Below, piece after piece: positions 28,687 through 37,511 of a stretch of DNA of 64,000 nucleotides. How positions within the stretch are numbered: position 1 is the stretch's first letter; every line of letters starts with the position of its first letter. The notes under the pieces were generated by a model. It was given only the letters and a program-made list of their open reading frames with translations. It did no database searches and was not told the origin of the DNA. The DNA comes from a virus (taxonomy: Duplodnaviria > Caudoviricetes), in IMG/VR virus record IMGVR_UViG_3300042295_001683, positions 9,404 through 73,403 of that record. The stretch is one strand, 5' to 3'. The translations under genes were made by a program, and so were the position numbers.

Positions 28687-30573
28687 CTATAAAGTAGCTA
28701 ATCCGATCATTGTATTTGGCTTAATTGGATTGTAATTAATATACAAATCTGCTAAGCCGATCATTGTAGAAGGGGCGATCGGGTTGAAATTTATACGTAA
28801 ATCTGCAAGCCCGATCATATTAAAATTGCCTAACGTAATCGCAACGGGGCGCGATATTACCGTAGGGGTGCTAGCGGGGGCTGTACCAACTTCGATACCG
28901 TTAAAAACTAACCATGCTTCTGTCCCATTTAATCCCCATTTAATGCAATCTAATTTTAAGTAATAAATTAAATCTGCGTCTGTCACCGCTACATCCGCAA
29001 AAGGCTTAAAAGCACTACTTAAAGCTGTGTCAGTAATCGCGCCGCCAAATTGCTGACCATAAGCACGCCCTGATAATATGCGATTAAATCGAGAGCCATA
29101 ATCAACTAATTGAGACTGATCAACTGTGTAGGGTACATCTATTGTTCTTTGCCTTGGTCGGTACGGATCGGCGGCTAATTGCTGTGCAAATATTTCTGCT
29201 TTTAGCTGTACTTCTTCTGTAGTGTTTGTGCTTGCATCACCAAAATTTGTAGGTGGGCCAGACGTATCTTTATCGTCGCTAAAGTTTGCCGCTGTAAATA
29301 GCACAGTAGGATTTTGATCGCCTAATGCCGTCCCTTTAAAAATTACTCCTGCTGGTTCATGTCGAGTATAAGTTTTAATCCATTTTTGCGATCCTGTGTT
29401 TACCCATTCATAATCTTCTCTTTTAGCCGTAATTAGTACTGAAGGATTTTGATCGCCAAAAGTAGTTCCTTTTATAATTACCCCTGCTGGTTGAAAAGAT
29501 GTTACAGTTTGAGCCGTAACAATCCCATTGACAAGAGTATAAGTATTTATGGATTTGTCAGATATAAATAGCACAGTAGGATTTTGATCGCCTAATGCCG
29601 TCCCTTTAAAAAGTACCCCTGCTGGTTCGCGTGTTTCTATGGTTTTTTCAAAAAATGTTGAACTTATCTCTGATGTGGTTATTGTCCTTTTAGCCGTAAA
29701 TAACGCGGTAGGATTTTGATCTCCAAAAGTAGTCCCTTTAAAAAGTACCCCTGCTGGCTGTGTGTCAATTACTTCGCTAGGTGCGGTGTCTACAGGTATT
29801 ATTTCTTTTACCGTACCTGTAACTATTAATTTTTCAATTGGTTGTTCTGCGATATCACCGATCGCGTCCCATAATTTTTCGTCAGAGCCAATTATATAAG
29901 AAGCGATAGCACTGCCAGAATAGATGGCACTGATAGGCTCTGCGATTACCGTACCAGCGCTATTGCATCGCAAATAGTACCCTGCACTATCAGCGATCGC
30001 CCCTGCAAATCCAATAAAATTACCAGTTTGCTTTGGCAGTGGATAGGCGATCGGATAGGGGATAGAGTCAATCGAATTAGCAACGTCGATATAGTTAAGG
30101 ATATTTGTGATTACGGTATTTCTTGCTAATGGTGTACCCGCCGTAATACCAGATATATCTTGATTTGGTTCGGGTGGAAAATTCTCTAAAGCTAATCGAC
30201 AGCCAATTTCCAAAGATAATTCTAATATGCCATCCATATTCCTTTTTGGTTTTTGAGGCATTTTTAGCAAATGCAAAGCTTGCCCACTACAAGGCAGATA
30301 AGTAAGCGTTCCTGATGTATTTGCAGTTCGGATCGTGACTAGTTGACCCCGTTTCCATTGACTAGGGTTAAGTCTAGGATTAGGTGAACTTGGCACGGTT
30401 GAATCGTAGCGAGAAATTTTAAGATTAATGGAGCCTGTGACTGGCATTAATCCAGTCCCAACCTCATATTCTGGATAACCCAAAATTATTCCAGAATCAA
30501 AGCTAATCCAGTTAGTCCAATTTTGCGATCCTATAATTAATTCGCATCTGCGAGATGAGAGATTAAGCGTCAT
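28687..30573 (-). CDS. tail-tip/hub-like structural protein with internal repeats
   Basis: position in tail operon; four PAGV..KGT..GDQNP..L repeats. Confidence 0.65.
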   Translation of the reverse strand: MTLNLSSRRCELIIGSQNWTNWISFDSGIILGYPEYEVGTGLMPVTGSINLKISRYDSTVPSSPNPRLNPSQWKRGQLVTIRTANTSGTLTYLPCSGQALHLLKMPQKPKRNMDGILELSLEIGCRLALENFPPEPNQDISGITAGTPLARNTVITNILNYIDVANSIDSIPYPIAYPLPKQTGNFIGFAGAIADSAGYYLRCNSAGTVIAEPISAIYSGSAIASYIIGSDEKLWDAIGDIAEQPIEKLIVTGTVKEIIPVDTAPSEVIDTQPAGVLFKGTTFGDQNPTALFTAKRTITTSEISSTFFEKTIETREPAGVLFKGTALGDQNPTVLFISDKSINTYTLVNGIVTAQTVTSFQPAGVIIKGTTFGDQNPSVLITAKREDYEWVNTGSQKWIKTYTRHEPAGVIFKGTALGDQNPTVLFTAANFSDDKDTSGPPTNFGDASTNTTEEVQLKAEIFAQQLAADPYRPRQRTIDVPYTVDQSQLVDYGSRFNRILSGRAYGQQFGGAITDTALSSAFKPFADVAVTDADLIYYLKLDCIKWGLNGTEAWLVFNGIEVGTAPASTPTVISRPVAITLGNFNMIGLADLRINFNPIAPSTMIGLADLYINYNPIKPNTMIGLATL

Positions 30574-30649
30574 ACAGCTAACCCTCCATCAAATAAAGTT
30601 AGCTGCCCTTTTGGTGCTGCTTTTGGTTTTTTAGTTTTCACAGGTGCGA

Positions 30650-31381
30650 TCATATCTTAACCCCTGTCTCTTGCAACTCAAACACTGCCATCACATTACC
30701 AACCCCCGTATCTGGGCTAAACGTTGGCTCAATAGGCATTTTTACCTGTAACTTAGGGTAATAATTTACCCCGCCGTTTCGCTGGAAGGGCGTGCCAACA
30801 GATGAACGGGTTTTAGTTGACGATGTTTTCCCCTCTTCAAAATACAGTGTGATTTCGTCAGTCAACTCTAAGTATGGCGAACCTGTTAAAGTCTGAGCAC
30901 GCCGTATATTATTAGCTGTAGACCACATTGCGCTTAACTTTAGTGAATCAGCGATACTAACTTTTGCTTGAATATTGTATTGTTGCGGATCTTCAAAACT
31001 AATGCCCGTATCGATGAAATTTCCGTTTACGCTAAAAGTCCCATTTCCTGATAACCGAGAACTTTGGCGGGGCGGGGGAGAATCAGAACTAAAATTCCTG
31101 AATACAACACTCAGATAAACGCGGATCGAGTGCGTACCACTTCCACCGCTAAGACTTATAGCCGATCCCCCTTGCGTAGCTGACACGGTAATAGTCGAGC
31201 CTACACTCACGACATAATAGCTAGTATTAAGTGCTAGACCCGTTGGCAATGTGCCTGTGGTAGTAAAGCGCACGATATCGTCAACCGCAAATACTTGCGT
31301 GAATGGTGTTATGGCGCTACCACTAAAAGTAAAAGTATAGCTACGCCCAAAATATACGAGTGTTAAGTCGCCAACAGCCAT
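30650..31381 (-). CDS. distal-tail-like structural protein
   Basis: VRFTTTGTLPTGLALNTSYYV...TITVSATQGGSAISLSGGSGTH domain seen in virion proteins. Confidence 0.6.
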   Translation of the reverse strand: MAVGDLTLVYFGRSYTFTFSGSAITPFTQVFAVDDIVRFTTTGTLPTGLALNTSYYVVSVGSTITVSATQGGSAISLSGGSGTHSIRVYLSVVFRNFSSDSPPPRQSSRLSGNGTFSVNGNFIDTGISFEDPQQYNIQAKVSIADSLKLSAMWSTANNIRRAQTLTGSPYLELTDEITLYFEEGKTSSTKTRSSVGTPFQRNGGVNYYPKLQVKMPIEPTFSPDTGVGNVMAVFELQETGVKI

Positions 31382-31431
31382 GAGTGAGTTAGGGGATTTT
31401 GATTAATTATCGCACATCACAAAAATAGTAC

Positions 31432-31461
31432 TTGACAAATAATATTAGTGTGTAGTATATT
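31432..31461 (+). promoter_or_regulatory. sigma70-type promoter
   Basis: TTGACA-N18-TATATT. Confidence 0.65.
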
Positions 31462-31542
31462 GATTTACATCAGGACACAACACACCCGCAAACGCCGCAA
31501 CCTGATAGCGGTACTCAGTTAAAGAGGGGCTGAGAGAAAGAA

Positions 31543-32070
31543 ATGGGATGGATTCACGCAGGTAACAGTGAAAGCACTAGTGATGGCGGTGCTGGCTACA
31601 CAAGAAACGCGGCGGCTGTCCGTGACATCGTGAAACATCACGATGTTGACGAGAAAACAGCATGGGCGCTAGTAGCTTTGTTTTCGTGGCAGAAAAACAC
31701 CACGATCCCTGATCAGGTGGCAGACAGTGACTATGTAAGAAAGTGGATCGAATTCCCCTACTTTCAGGCTTTTCTTCCCGTATTTTTGAAATACGGATGG
31801 ACTTCCAATGTCGAAAGATTCTTGGAGTCGTGGATATACCACAATCAGGATTTCCATCAACTGATGGAAAAGTACTTCCCTGAGATCGCTGCACCCGCCC
31901 CCGCACCTGTTCAATCTGAATGGGTTGACTATGAGGCTTTGTACGAAGCAAAGCACAATGTCAACCTCCGCGACAAAGCGGAAAATGACGAAAACTGGTA
32001 CATGAATGAAGTGTACCCCCTTAGTCTAAAAGATTGGGCTAAGGTGCAACTAGAAGCAGTTAGCTTTTAG
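31543..32070 (+). CDS. hypothetical protein (cassette cargo)
   Basis: 175 aa behind promoter. Confidence 0.7.
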   Translation: MGWIHAGNSESTSDGGAGYTRNAAAVRDIVKHHDVDEKTAWALVALFSWQKNTTIPDQVADSDYVRKWIEFPYFQAFLPVFLKYGWTSNVERFLESWIYHNQDFHQLMEKYFPEIAAPAPAPVQSEWVDYEALYEAKHNVNLRDKAENDENWYMNEVYPLSLKDWAKVQLEAVSF

Positions 32071-32078
32071 GCTAGGCA

Positions 32079-32270
32079 ATGGTAAACCGACCTGTAGGCA
32101 GACCGCGAAGTAGCGATCGCATCAGGAAACAATTTTTGCTTACTCAAAAGCACATTGATATTCTTGAGGCAATCGCTATAAAACAGACTCTTGTAACCTC
32201 GCAAGGTTCTTATAAAGGTCAGCCAAATATCAACGCGGCGATCATTTGGTTGATTGAAAATTATCAATAA
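32079..32270 (+). CDS. small DNA-binding protein (GRPR plus RHH-like)
   Basis: RPVGRPRSSDRIRKQFLL; paralogue of 33900. Confidence 0.65.
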   Translation: MVNRPVGRPRSSDRIRKQFLLTQKHIDILEAIAIKQTLVTSQGSYKGQPNINAAIIWLIENYQ

Positions 32271-32332
32271 AAAAGAGTTCATTCAAGGTTAAACATATAA
32301 AAAGTATGTAGTTCTATTTGGAGATTAAAATT

Positions 32333-32563
32333 ATGACTAAGATTGAAGTTGTTGAAGCGATTAACCAAGCATCTAAAGCTTGGGAGGATGACTACGAAGC
32401 AATGAAAGCTTTGTTTATTCCAGTGTTTAACTTCATCAAGAGCGATGTAGACTTCCGCTCGTTTGTCCCTTGGTATCACAACTACTTCTCTAACAACAGA
32501 GAGGTCAATGACACTACTGTTGTCAAGTTCATGACTATGACAGCAGCGGTTCACGAGTGCTAA
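32333..32563 (+). CDS. hypothetical protein
   Basis: MTKIEVVEAINQASKAWED N-terminus shared with 32719. Confidence 0.6.
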   Translation: MTKIEVVEAINQASKAWEDDYEAMKALFIPVFNFIKSDVDFRSFVPWYHNYFSNNREVNDTTVVKFMTMTAAVHEC

Positions 32564-32565
32564 CC

Positions 32566-33135
32566 CATTACCCAATAGTCTAGCCATAGTGCTACGTTAT
32601 AAGGCGATCGCGCGATCGCCTTTTTTGTTGGATAAATTAGTTGTAAATAGTACTTGACAAATAATATTTAAGCGTTTAATATTATATTCAAGGTTAAACA
32701 TACAAAAGGAGCAAGACCATGACTAAGATTGAAGTTATTGAAGCGATTAACCAAGCATCTAAAGCTTGGGAAGATGTATACTATATTGTTGTCTGTCGAT
32801 ACATGACAAATAGGAAATACGGGGGCTTAGTAAGAACTTACAGCTATTTTTACGAAGGCCCGTCACTAGAAAGAGCTTTTGTAAATGCACAAGATGCGTT
32901 TAAGGAAAGAGATGCAAAGGTTACTTTAGTGACGCTATCTCATGCCAATTCTTTTCTTGGGGTAGAAACCGAACTAAGCAAAGAAGCTGTTGTCTAACAG
33001 ATCATTACCCAATAGTCTAGCCATAGTGCTACGTTATAAGGCGATCGCGCGATCGCCTTTTTTGTTGGATAAATTAGTTGTAAATAGTACTTGACAAATA
33101 ATATTTAAGCGTTTAATATTATATTCAAGGTTAAA
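32566..33135 (+). repeat. 133-bp direct repeat (32566-32698, 33003-33135) comprising a terminator and a promoter
   Basis: identical by eye; AAGGCGATCGCGCGATCGCCTTTTTT hairpin then TTGACA-N17-TAATAT. Confidence 0.92.
32719..32997 (+). CDS. hypothetical protein
   Basis: AAGGAG RBS; lies between the 133-bp repeats. Confidence 0.65.
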   Translation: MTKIEVIEAINQASKAWEDVYYIVVCRYMTNRKYGGLVRTYSYFYEGPSLERAFVNAQDAFKERDAKVTLVTLSHANSFLGVETELSKEAVV

Positions 33136-33160
33136 TATACAAAAAACAAAGGACAAACAA

Positions 33161-33373
33161 ATGACAAAAAAATTGTTCGGGTATTGGGAAGAAGACATGG
33201 ATGGGAGCACTTGCGGATACTTCGTAGTATCCGCATACCAACCAGAATTTTTTGCAGATTGCGAAGAAAATTTTAACGATGAGCATGAGCTTGTCGGAGC
33301 GTGGTGTGACAGCCATGCTTTGAAAACCAGGATCAAAGATCTTGGTTTGGATTTGGAAGTTTCAGAGGATTAA
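33161..33373 (+). CDS. small acidic hypothetical protein
   Basis: AAGGA RBS behind promoter. Confidence 0.65.
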   Translation: MTKKLFGYWEEDMDGSTCGYFVVSAYQPEFFADCEENFNDEHELVGAWCDSHALKTRIKDLGLDLEVSED

Positions 33374-33384
33374 GGTAAAAAAAT

Positions 33385-33903
33385 ATGTACGCATTTGACA
33401 GAGACGGAGTATTGGTGGGTGAGCTAGGCAATTTCGCTGCCAGTCACCCGAAAAACTACAAGGGCGCTGAGATGCCCCTTATCAAAGAGGTGCTAGCCAA
33501 AGTACCGCCTCATTCGATCATTATCAGTAATCAAGCTGGCATTGATCGCGGCTATACCACACTCAAAGTGGTACAAGCTCAATTTGATTGGCTCATGGCG
33601 CAGCAGCCTAATTTTATCGGGGCTTTCTTTTGCCCTGATGAAGGGGAAAGTTGCTGGTTTAAGTTTTTTTGGGCAGACGAATGGACAGAGCAGTTAGCGA
33701 TTGCCCCATACTTCAGAAAGCCTAATATAGGCTTGGGAGACTCCGCCAACGTGTATCTAAATCATTATGGGCTTGGCCAGATCACCCATTACATAGGAGA
33801 TCTTTCTGGCAACCCCGCCTATGCTGAGGGTAGAGACAGCGATCGCATCTTTGCGCAAAATCTGGGCTGTGAGTATTTGGATGTGAATGATTTTTTAGCT
33901 TGA
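33385..33903 (+). CDS. HAD-IIIA phosphatase (polynucleotide 3'-phosphatase/GmhB-like)
   Basis: FDRDGVL, ISNQAGI, RKPNIG, YIGD, SDRIFAQNLG. Confidence 0.82.
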   Translation: MYAFDRDGVLVGELGNFAASHPKNYKGAEMPLIKEVLAKVPPHSIIISNQAGIDRGYTTLKVVQAQFDWLMAQQPNFIGAFFCPDEGESCWFKFFWADEWTEQLAIAPYFRKPNIGLGDSANVYLNHYGLGQITHYIGDLSGNPAYAEGRDSDRIFAQNLGCEYLDVNDFLA

Positions 33904-34094
33904 GCCTACAGGAACGCCGCCCTGTAGGCAGACCACGAAGTAGTGATCACTATGCTCAATTAAATTTACGTTTGCCAATGGCAATAATTGAGAAGATGAG
34001 AGCGATCGCCCTATCTGAAGGATTTATCACTCAGATAGGCAAGCACAAAGGAGAGCCAAATATTAGCGGATGGCTCTCTAATAAATATAAGTAG
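33900..34094 (+). CDS. small DNA-binding protein (GRPR plus RHH-like)
   Basis: RPVGRPRSSDHYAQLNLRLP. Confidence 0.6.
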   Translation: MSLQERRPVGRPRSSDHYAQLNLRLPMAIIEKMRAIALSEGFITQIGKHKGEPNISGWLSNKYK

Positions 34095-34265
34095 CTCCTC
34101 TCTATGCTATATTTTGATTGCGTTAAAAATTTGGCTGATCTAGATCCTAAGGAGCTAAGGAGAACCGAAAAGCTAAGATTTGTGGATTTGTAATGATTTT
34201 TTGAGAGTTTGAAGGCGATCGCGAGGTCGTCTTTTTTTGTGGGTAAAATTATTTTTAAAACATGG

Positions 34266-34294
34266 TTGACATTACTAACGTAATCAACTATATT
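34266..34294 (+). promoter_or_regulatory. sigma70-type promoter preceded by a terminator (about 34212-34238)
   Basis: TTGACA-N17-TATATT. Confidence 0.7.
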
Positions 34295-34335
34295 TAAACA
34301 CATCAGGAAAACGCAACACGCAAGGAAACAAAGCA

Positions 34336-34776
34336 ATGACTACACTACTAGGAATCACAGATGAGAATTTAGGTTGCGCTTGCTGCGGTCGTACGGATTT
34401 AAAGCGTTATGCAGTTATTCAAGATAATGAAGGCGAAATTGCTACTTACGGTAGTGACTGCGCTACAAAAATCTTAGGTAGAAAAATTTCTACTCAAAGA
34501 AATCTACCTAAGATTCAAACTGAAGACATCAAAAACATTACTCCTTTTGTAGAAGTAACTGTTTATAAAATGCATATCAGCCGACGTTACAACTTTGTAA
34601 CCCGAAGCTATGAATGGGGATTAACCCTTCCTGTCAGCCCTAAACAAGTTTTAAAAACACTCAAAGAAGACTACGAATATTACGTTGAAGAGAATATTCA
34701 AAACCGTCCCCTTGATGCTATTAAAACTGCCATTAATCTTTTAACTGAATACACGACTCAATATGCCCAAACCTAA
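34336..34776 (+). CDS. Zn-binding hypothetical protein
   Basis: CACCGRTDLKR...YGSDCA. Confidence 0.7.
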   Translation: MTTLLGITDENLGCACCGRTDLKRYAVIQDNEGEIATYGSDCATKILGRKISTQRNLPKIQTEDIKNITPFVEVTVYKMHISRRYNFVTRSYEWGLTLPVSPKQVLKTLKEDYEYYVEENIQNRPLDAIKTAINLLTEYTTQYAQT

Positions 34777-34984
34777 CCCCGCAAACCCATACCATTGCGA
34801 TCGCCCTATGCGTCGCAATGGTAAACAAGCCAAGTCAGGGGCAGTGCAATATCGCTGCAAATGTGGCTTTACCTGTACCGATGGCGATCGCCCCGCACAC
34901 CGCCCCCTATTAGGTGATGCGCCTTTGACGCAAGTTGAGCGTAATCGTAGGTATAGAGCTAAGAAGAAAGCTAATTTAAATTAG
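34763..34984 (+). CDS. small Zn-ribbon DNA-binding protein
   Basis: PYHCDRPMRRNG..KSGAVQYRCKC...GDAPLTQVERNRRYR; paralogue of 49724. Confidence 0.65.
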   Translation: MPKPNPANPYHCDRPMRRNGKQAKSGAVQYRCKCGFTCTDGDRPAHRPLLGDAPLTQVERNRRYRAKKKANLN

Positions 34985-34997
34985 TTGCAAATAGTAG

Positions 34998-35045
34998 TTG
35001 ACAAATACAGGATATCGATCAATAATAGATCGTTGAGTTAAACAA
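34998..35045 (+). promoter_or_regulatory. sigma70-type promoter, family shared with 2470 and 56332
   Basis: TTGACA-N17-AATAAT...GAGTTAAACAA. Confidence 0.65.
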
Positions 35046-35059
35046 GCAAGGCAAAAACA

Positions 35060-35380
35060 ATGACACATTCTTTAGATGAAAAACAACCAACTCTTGACAA
35101 GCTTATTGCAAGCCATCCAATGTTTGAGGAGCTAAAAACTATTATTGATTCTTTGATCTCAACTCGATATAAAAAAGTTAGAAAACTAGCTGGTCAATCG
35201 TGGAAAGGCTACAGGTCAAATGCTCAGTATTTGAGTGAAGTCACTAAAAACAACAATCTTGGCAATAAAATTGCTGCTATGCAACGTCAAATCTTGGTTG
35301 ATATTGATTTACTAGATGAAACTGGTTTTGCGTTTTTTAGAAACTATTCTGTTGACTGGGATAAAGTTAGAGCTTGGTAA
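35060..35380 (+). CDS. hypothetical protein (cassette cargo)
   Basis: behind promoter. Confidence 0.65.
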   Translation: MTHSLDEKQPTLDKLIASHPMFEELKTIIDSLISTRYKKVRKLAGQSWKGYRSNAQYLSEVTKNNNLGNKIAAMQRQILVDIDLLDETGFAFFRNYSVDWDKVRAW

Positions 35381-35381
35381 T

Positions 35382-35594
35382 ATGCCTAAATCACGCACCG
35401 AAATCTATCGCGATTGCTATCTCAAGCGTACAGCAGACAAACTCCGCTACTACTGTACGCAATGCGATCGCCAACTCAGATCAGACTCACCTCTCACTAT
35501 TTGCCGCGCCTGTTGGCTTAAAACGGATGATGGCAAGCTATACATGCGACTGAAGCAAGCGGAATCAAGAGCTAAAAAAGTAGTAAAATATTAA
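35382..35594 (+). CDS. small basic Zn-finger protein (start MPKSRT)
   Basis: CTQC...CRAC. Confidence 0.6.
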   Translation: MPKSRTEIYRDCYLKRTADKLRYYCTQCDRQLRSDSPLTICRACWLKTDDGKLYMRLKQAESRAKKVVKY

Positions 35595-35655
35595 TGCGAT
35601 CGCGGATGCTAGTCCCGATCGCGTGATCAACCTTATCCATTAATCGCAGGTCAAT

Positions 35656-36516
35656 ATGACAAGTTTAACTCAATTTGCATTTAATTCTCAACAGGTTCGT
35701 ATTGTTTCCATTAATAACGAGCCTTGGTTTGTCGCTCAGGACGTATGTGACATTTTAGATATAAGGAATGTCAGCAAGGCTTGTAACCCATTAAAAGATC
35801 GCGAAAAGCAAGTTTTAAATTTGCATGAGATGGGTATAACTTCAAGTGATGATCCAGACACCACAAGGCTTTTAGCGGTTTCAGAGTCTGGTTTGTACCG
35901 CTTAACCATGAAATCTCGCAAACCTCAAGCTGAACCTTTTCAGGATTGGGTATGTGAGCAAATCTTGCCAATCATCCGCAAAACTGGCAAGTATGAGTTA
36001 GCCCCATCTCAACCCGCACTACCTCAAAACTATATTGAGGCTCTAGAGGCACATCTACAATCTGAGAAAGATAAAAAGGTACTTGCTGAAGCTAACCAGA
36101 AATTGATCGCCGCCAATCAATCCCTAGAAATCGAAGTACAGACTTTAGAACCAAAAGTCGATCGCTATGATTTGATTTTGGCTACCGATGGATGGATGAC
36201 TGGGGAAGAGATTGTTAAGCAGTTGAATATTTCCAAGTTTTCTGTTCGCAAGCTTTACGACATTTTGCGTAAGGAGAAAGTACTATTTAATAGCGATGGC
36301 ACTAATTTACCTTATGCCAGTTGGCAAAATGAAGGGCTTGCTACGATTCGTGATGGTCAATGTTTTGATGGACGCATGAGATTTAGCCCTGTATTCTCTT
36401 GGAAGGGATTGGATCGCATTCTTGACCTATTGCGTAAACATCAAGTTATCCCAAGGGATAAGCAGTATCGATTTAACTTTGATTCTGACAAAATCGTAGC
36501 GATGAAGAGGGCTTAG
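35656..36516 (+). CDS. BRO-N phage antirepressor
   Basis: FNSQQVRIVSINNEPWFVAQDVC...SESGLYRL..KSRKPQAEPFQDWV..ILPIIRKTG; LPQNYIEAL; LEPKV. Confidence 0.9.
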   Translation: MTSLTQFAFNSQQVRIVSINNEPWFVAQDVCDILDIRNVSKACNPLKDREKQVLNLHEMGITSSDDPDTTRLLAVSESGLYRLTMKSRKPQAEPFQDWVCEQILPIIRKTGKYELAPSQPALPQNYIEALEAHLQSEKDKKVLAEANQKLIAANQSLEIEVQTLEPKVDRYDLILATDGWMTGEEIVKQLNISKFSVRKLYDILRKEKVLFNSDGTNLPYASWQNEGLATIRDGQCFDGRMRFSPVFSWKGLDRILDLLRKHQVIPRDKQYRFNFDSDKIVAMKRA

Positions 36517-36518
36517 TT

Positions 36519-37154
36519 ATGTTTGACAAAGTTTACACAACTGAAGAGCTAACTAAAATTCTAGAAATAGAGAGAATGGCTTGCGTCAAAGGTCAGGGCA
36601 CATTCCCTATGCCTGATAATGCCGATGAAATTGCAAAGCAAACACCACTAGGCTCTATTTTGGGGGCGCAAAGATTATTTGAGGTTGGTTGTTATCATGA
36701 GTTTCGCGATCAAGTTCAAAAGTATCAAATTGAAAATAATATTTCTGGGCTTGAAGTTGATGTTTGTATTATTGGTGACAAGCTCTATAGATTCCCTATC
36801 CCTGTCTGCCAATTAGAGCTAACTAAGGATGATTACCAAGTCTTGAAGTTAGCCAAAGACGCTGTAGTTGACGCATTCCTTAGTGCTGTTGATGAGCTTA
36901 CCTATTTGAGCTTTAGCCATGAAGACAAATCTCATGCTCAATTTGATATCGAAACTACAAGCCAATATATTAGACACCTTTCTGAGTTTTGCGACTGGGC
37001 AGAAATTACAGTCGCTAAAGAATTTGAAATAACTCTTGTTCTTGGCTATGGTGATTATCACGAATCTGCATATATTGCTGAGCATTCAGAAGCTGCAAAA
37101 TATTCTGATTCTATGTATTTCTGTGCTGCTAAAGCTTGCAAAATTAACGGGTAA
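36519..37154 (+). CDS. hypothetical protein
   Basis: 211-aa coupled ORF. Confidence 0.7.
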   Translation: MFDKVYTTEELTKILEIERMACVKGQGTFPMPDNADEIAKQTPLGSILGAQRLFEVGCYHEFRDQVQKYQIENNISGLEVDVCIIGDKLYRFPIPVCQLELTKDDYQVLKLAKDAVVDAFLSAVDELTYLSFSHEDKSHAQFDIETTSQYIRHLSEFCDWAEITVAKEFEITLVLGYGDYHESAYIAEHSEAAKYSDSMYFCAAKACKING

Positions 37155-37210
37155 ACCAATGTCTATCAAAATCAAATTCTCTTTGTTGCCTGAGTTGAGA
37201 AGAGCATATG

Positions 37211-37511
37211 CTTCCAATCAGCCGATCACTTAACCAGAAGTTTCACCACTATCGCCTCTCTTCCAATCAGCCGATCGCTTAACCAAAAGTTTCACCATTC
37301 TGAGTTTCCAAAAATTGCAAATAACCTTGCCTTCCAATCAATTGATCGTCTAACCACTAGTTTCACCATGAACTAGAGCGCCGCTTTACAGCCTGTATCG
37401 GTACTTCCAATCAGCCGATCGCTTAACCAAAAGTTTCACTGGACAAAATGACAATTTTATATGTCAGCTACCTTCCTTCCAATCAGCCGATCGCTTAACC
37501 AGAAGTTTCAC
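37211..37511 (-). CRISPR. mini CRISPR array: 5 repeats of 36 bp and 4 spacers (36, 37, 35, 13 nt reading from the leader)
   Basis: repeats at 37211-37246, 37260-37295, 37331-37366 (degenerate), 37404-37439, 37476-37511; minus-strand consensus GTGAAACTTYTGGTTAAGCGATCGGCTGATTGGAAG. Confidence 0.93.

Noticed and set aside
28687-30573. Diversity-generating retroelement TR/VR pair
   Set aside because: No reverse transcriptase in the window, and the repeats are in-frame protein repeats
32566-33135. Integron attC sites or CRISPR-like repeats
   Set aside because: The unit is explained as terminator plus promoter; no integrase seen
37247-37475. Self-targeting spacers
   Set aside because: Only 9-10-nt partial matches seen by eye (e.g. 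near 28292, 39540, 56565), which is not significant; a proper alignment is still needed
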